A model generated the notes under the pieces. The model was given only the letters and a program-made list of their open reading frames with translations. It had not been told where the DNA came from and ran no database searches. A stretch of DNA of 64,000 nt from Candidatus Eiseniibacteriota bacterium (GTDB lineage: Bacteria > Eisenbacteria > RBG-16-71-46). A program made the translations under genes and the position numbers. Below, piece by piece: positions 33,097-42,261 of this stretch (position 1 is its first letter; every line of letters begins with the position of its first letter). The DNA is taken from positions 96,001 to 160,000 of the forward strand of contig CAVZLN010000003.1 of NCBI GenBank assembly GCA_963776245.1, in the 5' to 3' direction.

Positions 33097-34229
33097 CGCC
33101 CGCCCCGGGCGCCCGCAGGCGCTTTCGGGGCCACCGGGGGCGGCGGCGCCGCCGCGCTCGCCAGCGTGTCCCCGTGGGCCGCGCCCGCGGGGGCGTCGGC
33201 CGCCGCCGCGGCATGCAGGGCGCGCGCGATGGCGATGTTGGCGAGGTGCTGCTCGTAGGTCACCGCGAACAGGTGGCGGCCCTCGCCGCGGGCGACGAAG
33301 TAGAGCTCCCTGCCCCCTTCGCTCGGGTGCACCGCGGCCTCGATGCTGCGGCGGCCGGGGTTGCAGATCGGCCCCGGCGGCAGCCCCGGGTTGCGATAGG
33401 TGTTGAACGGCGAGACCGTGCGCAACTGGCTCAGGTAGAGCCGCGAGCGCGGGTTCATGCCGAGCGCGTACGCCACCGTCGGGTCGGCCTGCAGCAGCAT
33501 GTGGCGCGCCAGCCGGTTCAGGTAGACCTTCGCGATGCGCGCGCGCTCGACGTCCACCTGCGCCTCGGACTCCACGATGCTGGCGAGCGTGAGCACCTGA
33601 TGGAGCGACAGCCCGAGCGGCAGCGAGTCGATGCCGGCGGTGAGGTCGAGCAGCAGGGACTGCTGGCGCGCGGCCATGGTGCGCAGCGCCACCTCGGGCG
33701 GCGTGCCGGGCAGGAACTCGTAGGTCTCGGGCGCCAGGTAGCCCTCGAGCGAGGGCGCCTCGATCCCGAGCGAGTCGAGCAGCCCGCGGTCGCGCGCCAG
33801 CGAGTCGAACGCCCCCGGCGTGGCGCCGAGGTGCGCGGCGAGGATCGCCCCCACCTCGCGCACCGTGAGCCCCTCGGGGATGGTCACCAGGCTCAGCCCG
33901 CTCATGCCGCGCGCGAACGCGCGCAGCAGCGCCGGCACCGTGATGCCGGGGCGGAACGAGTACTGCCCCGCCTTGATGCCGCGGTCCACGTGCATCAGGC
34001 GGGCGAGCACCTGGAAGCCGAGCGTGCCGCGGAGCAGACCGACGCGCTGCAGCTCGCCGGAGATCTCGCGCAGCGTCTGGCCGCGCCGCACCAGCACCAC
34101 GCGGCGCTCGCGCGGCGGGAACGGACCGGCGGGCAGCAGCAGGTCGGACGCCACCGCGAGCCCGCCGATGGCCAGCAGCAGCATCGCCCAGCGGCGCGGG
34201 CGGAAGGTGCCGCGGCGGCGCGGGCTCAC
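33093..34229 (-). CDS. mltG: Endolytic transglycosylase MltG
   Basis: TIPEGL, LEGYLAPETY, LASIVESE, LQADPTV, SPFNTY..GLPPGPICNPG. Confidence 0.95.
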   Translation of the reverse strand: MSPRRRGTFRPRRWAMLLLAIGGLAVASDLLLPAGPFPPRERRVVLVRRGQTLREISGELQRVGLLRGTLGFQVLARLMHVDRGIKAGQYSFRPGITVPALLRAFARGMSGLSLVTIPEGLTVREVGAILAAHLGATPGAFDSLARDRGLLDSLGIEAPSLEGYLAPETYEFLPGTPPEVALRTMAARQQSLLLDLTAGIDSLPLGLSLHQVLTLASIVESEAQVDVERARIAKVYLNRLARHMLLQADPTVAYALGMNPRSRLYLSQLRTVSPFNTYRNPGLPPGPICNPGRRSIEAAVHPSEGGRELYFVARGEGRHLFAVTYEQHLANIAIARALHAAAAADAPAGAAHGDTLASAAAPPPPVAPKAPAGARGGR

Positions 34230-34666
34230 GGCCGCTCCCCGCGCGCCGCGCGCACGTGCAGGCGGGTCAGGAACGACTCCAGCAGGGCCACCGCCGCGCC
34301 CTGGTCCACGCGCGACTTGTGGCGCCCGGTGCGCACCCCCGCCTCGCGCAGCCGGCGGGTGCTGAGCGCCGAGGTCAGGCGCTCGTCGTAGGTCTCGACC
34401 GGCAGCCCGGTGGCGGCGGCGAGCGCGTCGGCGAAGCGCTGCGCGGCCTCGGCCGCCGTGCCGCGCGCGCCCGAGAGCAGCAGCGGCATGCCCACCACGA
34501 TGCGCTCGGCCTCGCGCTCGCGCGCGCACTCGGCCACCCGCGTCACCGCGGCGGCCGCGCTCTTCACCTCGAGCGTCTCGAGACCGGTGGCGATGATGCC
34601 GTCGGGGTCGCTGAGCGCCAGACCGATCCGGCGTTCGCCCCAGTCCACGGCGAGGATGCGGGCCAC
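34226..34666 (-). CDS. ruvX: Holliday junction resolvase-like RuvX/YqgF
   Basis: ILAVDWGERRIGLALSD, VVGMP, DERLTS, VDQGAAVALLE. Confidence 0.93.
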   Translation of the reverse strand: MARILAVDWGERRIGLALSDPDGIIATGLETLEVKSAAAAVTRVAECAREREAERIVVGMPLLLSGARGTAAEAAQRFADALAAATGLPVETYDERLTSALSTRRLREAGVRTGRHKSRVDQGAAVALLESFLTRLHVRAARGERP

Positions 34667-34685
34667 GGTGGCGCCGGCCGGGCGA

Positions 34686-35136
34686 TCAGCCGTTCGCGGC
34701 GGCGGCGGCGCGACGGCGCTTGACGAGGTGGCAGGTGGTGCCGCTGGCGTCGAAGCGGAACTCCACCGTGTCCATGCACGCGCGCATGATGTAGATGCCG
34801 CGGCCGCGCAGCTCGAACAGGCGGTCGGGAGAGGTGACGTCGGCGTCCACCAGCTTGAGGTCGAAACCGGGGCCGGTGTCGTGCACCGTCACCTCGAGGC
34901 GGTCGGGCCAGATCGCGAACTCGATGTCGAAGGCCTTCGAGGCGTCGCGCTTGTGGCCGTGCTGGATGGCGTTGGTGCCGGCCTCGATGACCGACATGTT
35001 GACCTGGGAGGCGGCATCGTCGCTCGAGCTCCATGCGCTCGCACAGCGCGGTGCACACGCGGTCGAGCACGGCGAGCAGCTCGAGGCGGCTCGGGAGGCT
35101 CATGCGGATGACTTCGGGGGCGTCGGGCTTGGGCAT
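34686..35136 (-). CDS. RsbW-like anti-sigma factor / HATPase (frameshift near 35025)
   Basis: LPSRLELL; EAGTNAIQHG, DTGPGFD, RGRGIYIMRACMD. Confidence 0.85.
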
Positions 35137-35141
35137 GGTCG

Positions 35142-36113
35142 TCAGCGGGTGGCGCGGTCCCGGAACGCGCGCAGCGCCTCGAGGGCGCGTTGGAGGTCGC
35201 CCGGCAGAGCCGAAGTGAACTCGAGTGCCTCACCGGTTACGGGGTGCTTCAATTCCAGTCGGCTCGCGTGGAGCGCCTGTCTCGGCAGGATCTCCAGCAG
35301 GGCCCCAGCGAGGCTACGCTGGGCCGGATCGGGACTCAACGCCTTTCTTCGCCCGCCGTAGACCGCGTCGCCGATGACCGGCATGCGGGCGTACGCCAGG
35401 TGGACGCGGATCTGGTGGGTGCGGCCGGTGTGCAGCCGCACGTCCAGCCGCGTCGCCACGCCGAAGCGCTCGGCGGCGCTCCAGTGGGTGACCGCCAGCC
35501 GCCCGCCGCGGCGCGTCACCGCCATGCGCTTGCGCTCGTGCGGATCGCGCGCGATGGGCGCGGCGATGGTGTCCTCGTCCACCCGCGGGTCGCCCCACAC
35601 CAGCGCGGTGTACGCGCGCTTCACCTCGCGGCGGCGCATCGCCTCGATGAGCACGCGGTGGGCGCGCGCGGTGCGCGCCACCACCAGCAGGCCCGAGGTG
35701 TCCTTGTCGAGCCGGTGCACGATCCCCGGGCGGTCCTCGCCGCCCACGCCGGCGATCGCCGGGTCGTGGTGGAGCAGGCCGTGGGCGAGCGTGCCGGTGC
35801 TCACCCCGGCGCCCGGGTGCACCACCAGCCCGGCCGGCTTGTCGATGATCATGAGATCGTCGTCCTGATGCACCACCACCAGCGCCATGTCCTCGGGCGC
35901 GAGCGTGGAGGGCACCACCGCGGGGATGGCGATCGCCACCGCGTCGCCGGCGCGCACGCGCCGCGAGGCGCGCGCCGCGCGGCCGTTCACCGTGACGTGG
36001 CCGGAGTCGATGAGCTGCTGGACGCGATTGCGCGAGAGGTCGGGCTGCGCGGCGGCGAGGAAGCGGTCGAGCCGCTCACCCGCGGCGTGCGGCGGGACCG
36101 GGAGCGTCAGCAT
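35142..36113 (-). CDS. rluD: RluA/RluD-family pseudouridine synthase
   Basis: S4 domain RLDRFL; KPAGLVVHP, HRLDKDTSG, TGRTHQIRVH, QALHA. Confidence 0.93.
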   Translation of the reverse strand: MLTLPVPPHAAGERLDRFLAAAQPDLSRNRVQQLIDSGHVTVNGRAARASRRVRAGDAVAIAIPAVVPSTLAPEDMALVVVHQDDDLMIIDKPAGLVVHPGAGVSTGTLAHGLLHHDPAIAGVGGEDRPGIVHRLDKDTSGLLVVARTARAHRVLIEAMRRREVKRAYTALVWGDPRVDEDTIAAPIARDPHERKRMAVTRRGGRLAVTHWSAAERFGVATRLDVRLHTGRTHQIRVHLAYARMPVIGDAVYGGRRKALSPDPAQRSLAGALLEILPRQALHASRLELKHPVTGEALEFTSALPGDLQRALEALRAFRDRATR

Positions 36114-36621
36114 CCCGTCCACCTTCGACCTCCGTCGCGGGCGCCGGCGGCGCGGCGTGCGCCCGCGGCGTGCGCACCGCGACCAGCGCGAACAGCACCA
36201 CGCCCGCCGTCACCGAGGTGTCCGCCAGATTGAAGACCGGGAACGACCACGACTTCCACGACAGCAGGATGAAGTCCACCACCTCGCCGCTGGTGACGCG
36301 GTCGATGAGATTGCCGATCGCGCCGCCGAAGATCAGCGACAGCGCCCACTGGCGCGGCCGGTCGGTGATGCGTCCGCGCAGCAGCAGCCCCAGGATGGCG
36401 AGCGCGGCGAGGATGGAGAAGATGTAGTAGGGGAAGCCGGTGCCCGCGCCGATGCCGAACGCCACACCCGAATTGCGCGTGTAGGTGAGCCGCACCAGCG
36501 TGCCGACCACCTCCACCGGCGGCCGGTAGGCGAGCGCATGGGTCGCCCAGTGCTTGGTCCACTGATCCGCCGCCACGACCGCGCCCGCGACCAGCGCGAG
36601 CCGGAGCAGGGAGCGTCTCAC
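36076..36621 (-). CDS. lspA: Lipoprotein signal peptidase II
   Basis: DQWTK, NSGVAFG, GGAIGNLIDR, VVDFI, FPVFNLAD. Confidence 0.95.
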   Translation of the reverse strand: MRRSLLRLALVAGAVVAADQWTKHWATHALAYRPPVEVVGTLVRLTYTRNSGVAFGIGAGTGFPYYIFSILAALAILGLLLRGRITDRPRQWALSLIFGGAIGNLIDRVTSGEVVDFILLSWKSWSFPVFNLADTSVTAGVVLFALVAVRTPRAHAAPPAPATEVEGGRDADAPGPAARRG

Positions 36622-37628
36622 TGGCCGATCTGGCCCGCGGTCCGCCCCGCCTTCTCCTCCTTCTCCTTGCACGGCACGCACAGGCGCGCGTACGGCATCG
36701 CCTCGAGCCGCGCGCGGGAGATGGGCTTCTCGCAGATCTCGCAGGTGCCGTACTCGCCGCGGTAGAGCCGGCGCAGCGCCTCGTTGATGTCCATCAGCAG
36801 CCGGCCCTCGGCCGAGGCGAACAGGAACGCCTTCTCGCGCTCCATCGCGTCGGTGCCGGCGTCGGCCATGTGGAACGCGTAGCCCGACAGGTCTCCGGCG
36901 GAGTCGCGCGGGTTCACCTTGAGCACGGTGTTCTCGAGGTGGCCCATCTCGGTGAGGATCTTGGTGCGCTCGGCGAGCAGGCGCTGTTCGAATTCCTTCG
37001 TGTCCTTGTCGGTCACGCCCTGGACTCCTTGGGGAGAGATCGGTCGGGGTGCGGGCTTCGAGGTCGTGAGCGGCCGGTTGACGTGGGGCGCCGGGCCGGA
37101 GTGCGCCTTGGCGCGCGATTCGGGAGGGAGCACGCCGAGCGGCCGCACGTTCGGCGCCGGCACCGCGTGCCGGACCACCGGCCGCAGCTTGCGCGGCAGC
37201 CGGGACGCGAGCGTGCCGGTCTTGAGCGCCACCGTGCCGGGCTTGCCCTTGACCGCCGGCTTGCCGATCACGCGCGGCACGGGTGGCCTTTGACCGCGGG
37301 CTTGCCGATGACGCGCGGCGCCGGGTGTGCCCTTGACCGCGGGCTTGCCGATGACGCGCGGCGCCGGCGTGCCCTTGACCGCGGGCTTGCCGATGACGCG
37401 CGGCGCGGGCTTGCCCTTGACCGCGGGCTTGCCGATGACGCGCGGCGCCGGCTTGCCCTTGACCGCCGGCTTGCCGACGGCGCGCGGCGCGGCTTTCGGC
37501 TTCACCCGCGGCGCGGGCTTCGCCTTCGCCCGGGGGGCCGGCCTCGCCTTCGCCCGCGGCGCGTGCTTCGCCTTCGCCTTCGGAGTGGGCCGCTTCGCGG
37601 CCTTGCCGGTCCTGCGCTGCGTCGCCAT
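36618..37628 (-). CDS. DksA/TraR C4 zinc-finger protein with long basic repetitive N-terminus
   Basis: HMADAGTD, YGTCEIC..RLEAMPYARLCVPC; AGGAGG RBS. Confidence 0.9.
   Translation of the reverse strand: MATQRRTGKAAKRPTPKAKAKHAPRAKARPAPRAKAKPAPRVKPKAAPRAVGKPAVKGKPAPRVIGKPAVKGKPAPRVIGKPAVKGTPAPRVIGKPAVKGTPGAARHRQARGQRPPVPRVIGKPAVKGKPGTVALKTGTLASRLPRKLRPVVRHAVPAPNVRPLGVLPPESRAKAHSGPAPHVNRPLTTSKPAPRPISPQGVQGVTDKDTKEFEQRLLAERTKILTEMGHLENTVLKVNPRDSAGDLSGYAFHMADAGTDAMEREKAFLFASAEGRLLMDINEALRRLYRGEYGTCEICEKPISRARLEAMPYARLCVPCKEKEEKAGRTAGQIGQ
37240..37490 (-). repeat. 42-bp coding tandem repeat (GKPAVKG[KT]PAPRVI), about 6 copies
   Basis: Repeated cccttgaccgcgggcttgccgatgacgcgcggcgc on the + strand. 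Confidence 0.9.
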
Positions 37629-37664
37629 CGTCTCCTCCTTCATCGGCCGGAGCGGATCCCGCCC

Positions 37665-38501
37665 CTAGCGTGCCTCTTCGAGCCGGCGGACCACCTCGGT
37701 GACCAGTCGGATGAGCACGGGCGCCGCGCGCCCCGCCACCGCCAGGATCGCCGGGATGGCCACCGGGTGAAGGTCGTCCGGCAGACACGAGTCGGTCACG
37801 ACGTTGAGCGCGAGCACGCGCTGGCCGCCATGCACCGCCACGATGGTCTCGGGCACCAGCGACATGCCCACCACGTCGGCGCCCGCCCAGCGCAGGAAGC
37901 GGTACTCGGCGGCGGTCTCGAGGTTCGGCCCCGGGACGCCGACGAACACCGCGCGCTGGAGCGGCGTGCGCTGCTCGAGGGCGACCGCCTCGGCGAGGCG
38001 CACCAGCGCGCGGGCGTACGGCTCGCTCATGTCGGGGAAGCGCGCGCCCAGCGATTCGTCGTTGGGCCCGATGAGCGGGTTGTCGCCCATCAGGTTGATG
38101 TGGTCGGTGGTGACCGTGAGGGTGCCCGCGGGCATGTCGGGGTTCATCCCGCCGCACGCGTTGGTGATCACCATGGTGTCGCACCCGAGCGCCTTGAGCA
38201 CGCGCACCGGGAACGACACCTGCTCCATGGTGTAGCCCTCGTAGTAGTGCACGCGGCCCTTCATCACCGCGACCGCGCGGCCCGCGAGCGTGCCGAGGTG
38301 CAGCTCGCCGGCATGGCTCTCGACGGTGGAGACCGGGAAGTGCGGGATGTCGGTGAACGGCACCACCGCGTCCACCTGCAGGGCGTCGGCGAAGTCTCCC
38401 AGCCCGGTGCCGAGGATGATCCCGACCTGCGGCTGCACGCGCGTCCTCGCGCGCACCGCCGCCGCGGCCTCCTCGATACGCGTCTTCAGCTCACCCGCCA
38501 T
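37665..38501 (-). CDS. Purine nucleoside phosphorylase, second paralog
   Basis: ILGTGLG, STVESHAG, GRVHYYEG, GPNLET, GMSLVPE, VVTD. Confidence 0.93.
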   Translation of the reverse strand: MAGELKTRIEEAAAAVRARTRVQPQVGIILGTGLGDFADALQVDAVVPFTDIPHFPVSTVESHAGELHLGTLAGRAVAVMKGRVHYYEGYTMEQVSFPVRVLKALGCDTMVITNACGGMNPDMPAGTLTVTTDHINLMGDNPLIGPNDESLGARFPDMSEPYARALVRLAEAVALEQRTPLQRAVFVGVPGPNLETAAEYRFLRWAGADVVGMSLVPETIVAVHGGQRVLALNVVTDSCLPDDLHPVAIPAILAVAGRAAPVLIRLVTEVVRRLEEAR

Positions 38502-38790
38502 CGCGTGCCTGCTCCGTCCGCAGCGCCGCGTCCACGCGCCGCCGCACCTCGGCCTCGTCGAGGCCTTCGATCTCGACCGTCTTCGAGCGCGAGGACCCGC
38601 CCCGCGCCACCGTCACCTGCCGCCGCGCCACGCCGAGCGTGTCCGCGATCAGCTCCACCACCGCCTCGTTCGCGCGACCGCCCTCGGGCGGCGCCGCGAC
38701 CGCGAGCTTGAGCGCCCCGTCCTCCCGCCACCCCGCGAGCCCCGCGCGCCGCGCGCCGGGATGCACCCGCACCGCGAGCCGCGCGGTCAC
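38491..38790 (-). CDS. DUF167/YggU family protein
   Basis: VRVHPGA, APPEGGRAN, GGSSRSK. Confidence 0.88.
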   Translation of the reverse strand: MTARLAVRVHPGARRAGLAGWREDGALKLAVAAPPEGGRANEAVVELIADTLGVARRQVTVARGGSSRSKTVEIEGLDEAEVRRRVDAALRTEQARDGG

Positions 38791-39086
38791 CCCATGCGGA
38801 TCGCGAGGTCGCGCAGCGAACCGACCGCGAACTCGCGCAGGAAGTAGATCATCAGCATCACCACGAACGGCGCGAAGTCGAAGCCGCCGATCACGGTCGG
38901 GAACAGCCGGCGGACCGGGTCGCACACCGCGTCGGAGACGCGGTCGAGGAACATCACGATCGGGTTGTTGGGGTCGGGATGCACCCACGACAGCAGCGCG
39001 TTGATCAGCACCACCACCAGCAGGAGCTGGAGCACGATGTCGGTGACCCCGGCGACCCCGCTCAGCAGATGACCCAACACGAACAT
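38787..39086 (-). CDS. yggT: YggT family membrane protein
   Basis: LLSWVHPDPNNP, PVRRLFP..GGFDFAP. Confidence 0.9.
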   Translation of the reverse strand: MFVLGHLLSGVAGVTDIVLQLLLVVVLINALLSWVHPDPNNPIVMFLDRVSDAVCDPVRRLFPTVIGGFDFAPFVVMLMIYFLREFAVGSLRDLAIRMG

Positions 39087-39095
39087 CCGGTTCTC

Positions 39096-39797
39096 CTAGC
39101 GGCCGCGCGCACCGAAGATCGCGGTGCCCACGCGGACCATCGTGCTGCCTTCCTCGACGGCGACCTCGAAATCGCCGCTCATGCCCATCGAGAGCTGCGG
39201 CAGCGCCCGCCCGAGCCGCTGCGCCGCGCGGTCGCGCAGCCCGCGCAGCCGCGCGAACCCCGCGCGCGCGTCCTCGGGGCGCTCCGCCGCCGCCCCCACC
39301 GTCATCAGCCCGTCGAGCGCCAGCCCCGGCATCACCGCGACCGCCTCGAGCAGCGGATCGAGCGCCTCGGGCGCGACCCCGAACTTGGTCGCCTCGCCGC
39401 TCACGTTCACCTCGACCAGCACCTGCAGCGTGACTCCCGCCGCGGTCGCCCGCCGCGACAGCGCGTGCGCCAGCCCGGCGTCGTCCACGCCGTGGACGCG
39501 GTCGAACAGCTCCACCGCGCGGCCGGCCTTGTTGCGCTGCAGGTGCCCGACCATGTGCCAGCGCACCGCGCTCCGGCCCACGGCCGGGACCCGGGCCTCG
39601 GCCTCCTGGACCCGGTTCTCGCCCAGGTCCGCCAGTCCGAGCGCCACCGCCTGCGCCACCACCTCGGTCGGCACCGTCTTGACCACCCCGATCAGCGTGA
39701 CGGCCCCGTGCGCGCGTCCGCAGCGGCTCTCGGCCGCGTGGATGCGGGCCCGGACCTCATCGAGACTGGCCTTCAGCGCCGCCGGGTGGGTATTCAC
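39096..39797 (-). CDS. yggS: PLP homeostasis protein YggS (start uncertain)
   Basis: VVKT, GENRVQE, WHMVGHLQRNK, LSMGMSGDF, VRVGTAIFG. Confidence 0.95.
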   Translation of the reverse strand: MNTHPAALKASLDEVRARIHAAESRCGRAHGAVTLIGVVKTVPTEVVAQAVALGLADLGENRVQEAEARVPAVGRSAVRWHMVGHLQRNKAGRAVELFDRVHGVDDAGLAHALSRRATAAGVTLQVLVEVNVSGEATKFGVAPEALDPLLEAVAVMPGLALDGLMTVGAAAERPEDARAGFARLRGLRDRAAQRLGRALPQLSMGMSGDFEVAVEEGSTMVRVGTAIFGARGR

Positions 39798-39905
39798 GGA
39801 ACGCGCGAGACTAGTCACGTCGCCCCGGTGGTGCAAGCGGGAAAGGGCGGGCGAACGGGCGGGGTGACGAAGCGCCCCGCCGCGCGAGGCGACGGGGCGC
39901 ATGGA

Positions 39906-40260
39906 TGGTGGAGGCGGCGGGAATCGAACCCGCGTCCGAAAACCGATCCCTGGAATCCACTACAGGCTTGTCCGGCCGATTAAGTCTCGCGCGCCCCCGC
40001 TCCGACCGGCGGGATCAGTGGCGCACCAGCTCGATTGGTTCTCATCCTCTGCCCCCGAGCGAGAGCTTCGGACCAGCCCGCGTTTGTATGACGCTCGCAC
40101 CGTCCCCCGCGGGCGGGGTCCGGGCGATCGTCGTCGCTATTTAAGCGGCGAAAGCAAACTGCTCGTTGGCAGTTGCGTGTTTCCCGTTTTTTTGACGAGG
40201 ACACGGGTCCCCGGCCTGCGTCTTCCGATTCACGGTCCCCGTCGAGACCTTTGCGCCCCC
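39906..40260 (-). ncRNA. ssrA: tmRNA; tag (A)NEQFAFAA
   Basis: 5' GGGGGCG and 3' GTTCGATTCCCGCCGCCTCCACCA with a G3.U wobble; tag ORF ends at TAA 40141. Confidence 0.96.
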
Positions 40261-40262
40261 TC

Positions 40263-40386
40263 TCAGGCTTCCCCAGGACCCCGATCGCTGCGTTGCCTCC
40301 GTCGCTCGTCGCTGCGACGTATCTTCCGATACGTCTCGCTCCTCGCTCGGTCGGCGCCTTGCGCTCGGGCCCCTGGAGAAGCCTGA
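40263..40386 (-). repeat. 124-bp imperfect palindrome (REP/MITE-like) abutting the tmRNA 5' end
   Basis: Ends tcaggcttc-c-ccagg / cctgg-a-gaagcctga; core gacgtatc-ttcc-gatacgtc. Confidence 0.7.
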
Positions 40387-40442
40387 CCGCAGGCGTGCAA
40401 ACCGCTTGCTGTGGCCCGCTCGCGGCTTCGCCGCGACGCTAC

Positions 40443-40868
40443 TCAAAAGGGAATATCGTCATCCGGGCCGCCGGCGAAATCGCCGGTCATTGGATCGTCG
40501 GGCGGGACGGTGGCGCCGGCGTCATCACGCGCGGGCTCGCCGCGGCCGCCCAGCAACTGCATGTTCTGGCAGACGATCTCGGTGCTGTAGCGCTTCTGGC
40601 CCTGCTGGTCCTGCCATTGGCGGGTCTGGATGCGACCCTCGATGTACACCGAGCGGCCCTTGGTGAGGTACTGCTGGGCGATCTCGGCCTGGCGCCCGAA
40701 CAGCACCACCCGATGCCACTCGGTGGACTCCTGTTTCTGGCCGTTCTTGTCGGTCCACTTCTCGGTGGTGGCGATGCGCAGATTGGCGACCGAAGACCCG
40801 CCCTGCGTGAAGCGCACCTCGGGGTTCGCGCCCAGATTGCCGATGAGGATGACCTTGTTCACGCCCAT
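40443..40868 (-). CDS. ssb: Single-stranded DNA-binding protein
   Basis: [18 protein letters not shown], ends DDDIPF. Confidence 0.97.
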   Translation of the reverse strand: MGVNKVILIGNLGANPEVRFTQGGSSVANLRIATTEKWTDKNGQKQESTEWHRVVLFGRQAEIAQQYLTKGRSVYIEGRIQTRQWQDQQGQKRYSTEIVCQNMQLLGGRGEPARDDAGATVPPDDPMTGDFAGGPDDDIPF

Positions 40869-40992
40869 GTGCGACTCCCGGGAAGGTAGGGGCCCCATGC
40901 GGGGGGCATTCGACGTGCCGGAAGCATACGGGCCACGCGTCCCGGGGGCAATGGCTCTCCCGAGGCCGCGCCCCGCGGCGGAGGGTGGTGTC

Positions 40993-41664
40993 CTAGGTTG
41001 GGCGCGGGATAATGCGGGGAGGACGCCCCAAGAAGCAGTCGTCGAACCACGACACCCTGAGCGGAATGTGCGTGTTCACAGTCGCCGCCAACTTCGCACA
41101 CGGGGCTGGAGTCGCGGAAAACACCTTCTTTCCATGACTGCGTACGGCCTCGACGGCTGGTGTGTAGTCTCCGTCAGCGGAGAGCAGGTATGCGGCATCG
41201 AATCCGTCGCCGATCGCCAGTTGAACCATATCCACGGCGACCTGCACATCGACCGCCTTTTCGACGAAGATGCGTGCTTTGTCGTGGGTCTTTCCCAGAG
41301 AGACCAAGTCTGAGTACACGCGCTGATCGATGCGGATCTTGAGTCCGGCCAGATACCTCAGGAGTTGCTTGGCAGCTTCGCTCTTGGCTTCGCGGGGCTC
41401 AAGCCGGCCGGTCTGAATGACGGTGATTCTCGGGTCTTGATCCTGAAGCTGCTTGAGGAATTCGCGCTGTTCCGCGAGAAGCACTGGATCCCCGATCGGT
41501 CCCACGTCCGGGATGTAATAGCGCGCTTGGAGCCAGGTCCGCCCCGGCCCCGCGAGCTTGTCGAAGACCCGCGGATACCGCAGCCGCTGAAGATCGGAGA
41601 ATCCAACGTTCTTCAGCGAGTGGTACCAGTTGTTCCCGTCGATGAAGAAGATGGCACGATCCAT
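40993..41664 (-). CDS. NYN/LabA (PIN-like) nuclease domain protein
   Basis: [29 protein letters not shown]; less GC-biased than its neighbours. Confidence 0.9.
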   Translation of the reverse strand: MDRAIFFIDGNNWYHSLKNVGFSDLQRLRYPRVFDKLAGPGRTWLQARYYIPDVGPIGDPVLLAEQREFLKQLQDQDPRITVIQTGRLEPREAKSEAAKQLLRYLAGLKIRIDQRVYSDLVSLGKTHDKARIFVEKAVDVQVAVDMVQLAIGDGFDAAYLLSADGDYTPAVEAVRSHGKKVFSATPAPCAKLAATVNTHIPLRVSWFDDCFLGRPPRIIPRPT

Positions 41665-41690
41665 GGGCCGTCACGCGGGCCGGTGAATGG

Positions 41691-41726
41691 AAAACCCCGG
41701 CATGAGGCCGAAGCCTCATCCCGGGG
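41691..41726 (-). terminator. Intrinsic terminator in the NYN leader
   Basis: ccccgg-g-atgaggc-ttcg-gcctcat-g-ccgggg-tttt, ending 26 nt before the NYN ATG. Confidence 0.7.
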
Positions 41727-41764
41727 GGATAAAGACTAGGCTCCCGTAAGAACCTAGTGCGGAA

Positions 41765-41793
41765 AGTATCGGCAGGTCTGCTGCATGAGTCAA
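41765..41793 (-). promoter_or_regulatory. Putative promoter of the NYN leader RNA
   Basis: TTGACT-N17-GATACT. Confidence 0.5.
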
Positions 41794-41869
41794 GACGGTA
41801 CCTGCCGCCCTGAGGAGGGCCACGGCCTATCGTCTTGCCAGCCCAGTACCTGCCCGGCGGAGCGCGGGT

Positions 41870-41899
41870 TTGACGCCCACCCGCGCCCGCGGATAGACT
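41870..41899 (+). promoter_or_regulatory. Promoter of the tRNA cluster
   Basis: TTGACG-N18-TAGACT. Confidence 0.6.
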
Positions 41900-41928
41900 C
41901 CGTCCCGCTTGCCGACTTGTGGGAATCG

Positions 41929-42002
41929 CGGGGCGTGGCGCAGCCCGGTAGCGCACCTGCTTTGGGAGCAGGATGTCGGAGGTTCGAATCCTCTCGCCCC
42001 GA
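41929..42002 (+). tRNA. tRNA-Pro(TGG), CCA not encoded
   Basis: CGGGGCG..CCTGC-TTTGGGA-GCAGG..GTTCGAAT..CGCCCCGA. Confidence 0.96.
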
Positions 42003-42046
42003 CTTTATGGGCCGGCGCCCTCGCGGGCCATCCGGCCGTGAACTCC

Positions 42047-42123
42047 GCGCCTGTAGCTCAGATGGATAGAGCAACGGATTTCTAATCCGTGGGTCGGGGG
42101 TTCGATTCCCTCCAGGCGCGCCA
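42047..42123 (+). tRNA. tRNA-Arg(TCT)
   Basis: GCGCCTG..ACGGA-TTTCTAA-TCCGT..CAGGCGCGCCA. Confidence 0.96.
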
Positions 42124-42150
42124 GTCGTGGATGGTGCACACCCTTGTGGC

Positions 42151-42228
42151 GGTGGATGTAGCTCAGTTTGGTAGAGCACCGGACTGTGGCTCCGGCTGTC
42201 GCGGGTTCAAATCCCGTCATCCACCCCA
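42151..42228 (+). tRNA. tRNA-His(GTG) with G-1
   Basis: GGTGGATG..CCGGA-CTGTGGC-TCCGG..CATCCACCCCA. Confidence 0.96.
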
Positions 42229-42261
42229 TTCTCCCGCCCCGCCCGGGCGCGCCGCGCACCC

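Noticed and set aside
37240..37490. CRISPR-like repeat array
   Set aside because: Contiguous 42-bp coding repeats with no unique spacers, and no cas genes.
39784..39795. Third copy of the hairpin apex (gtgggtatt)
   Set aside because: Only 9 nt match, inside yggS, with no flanking stem.
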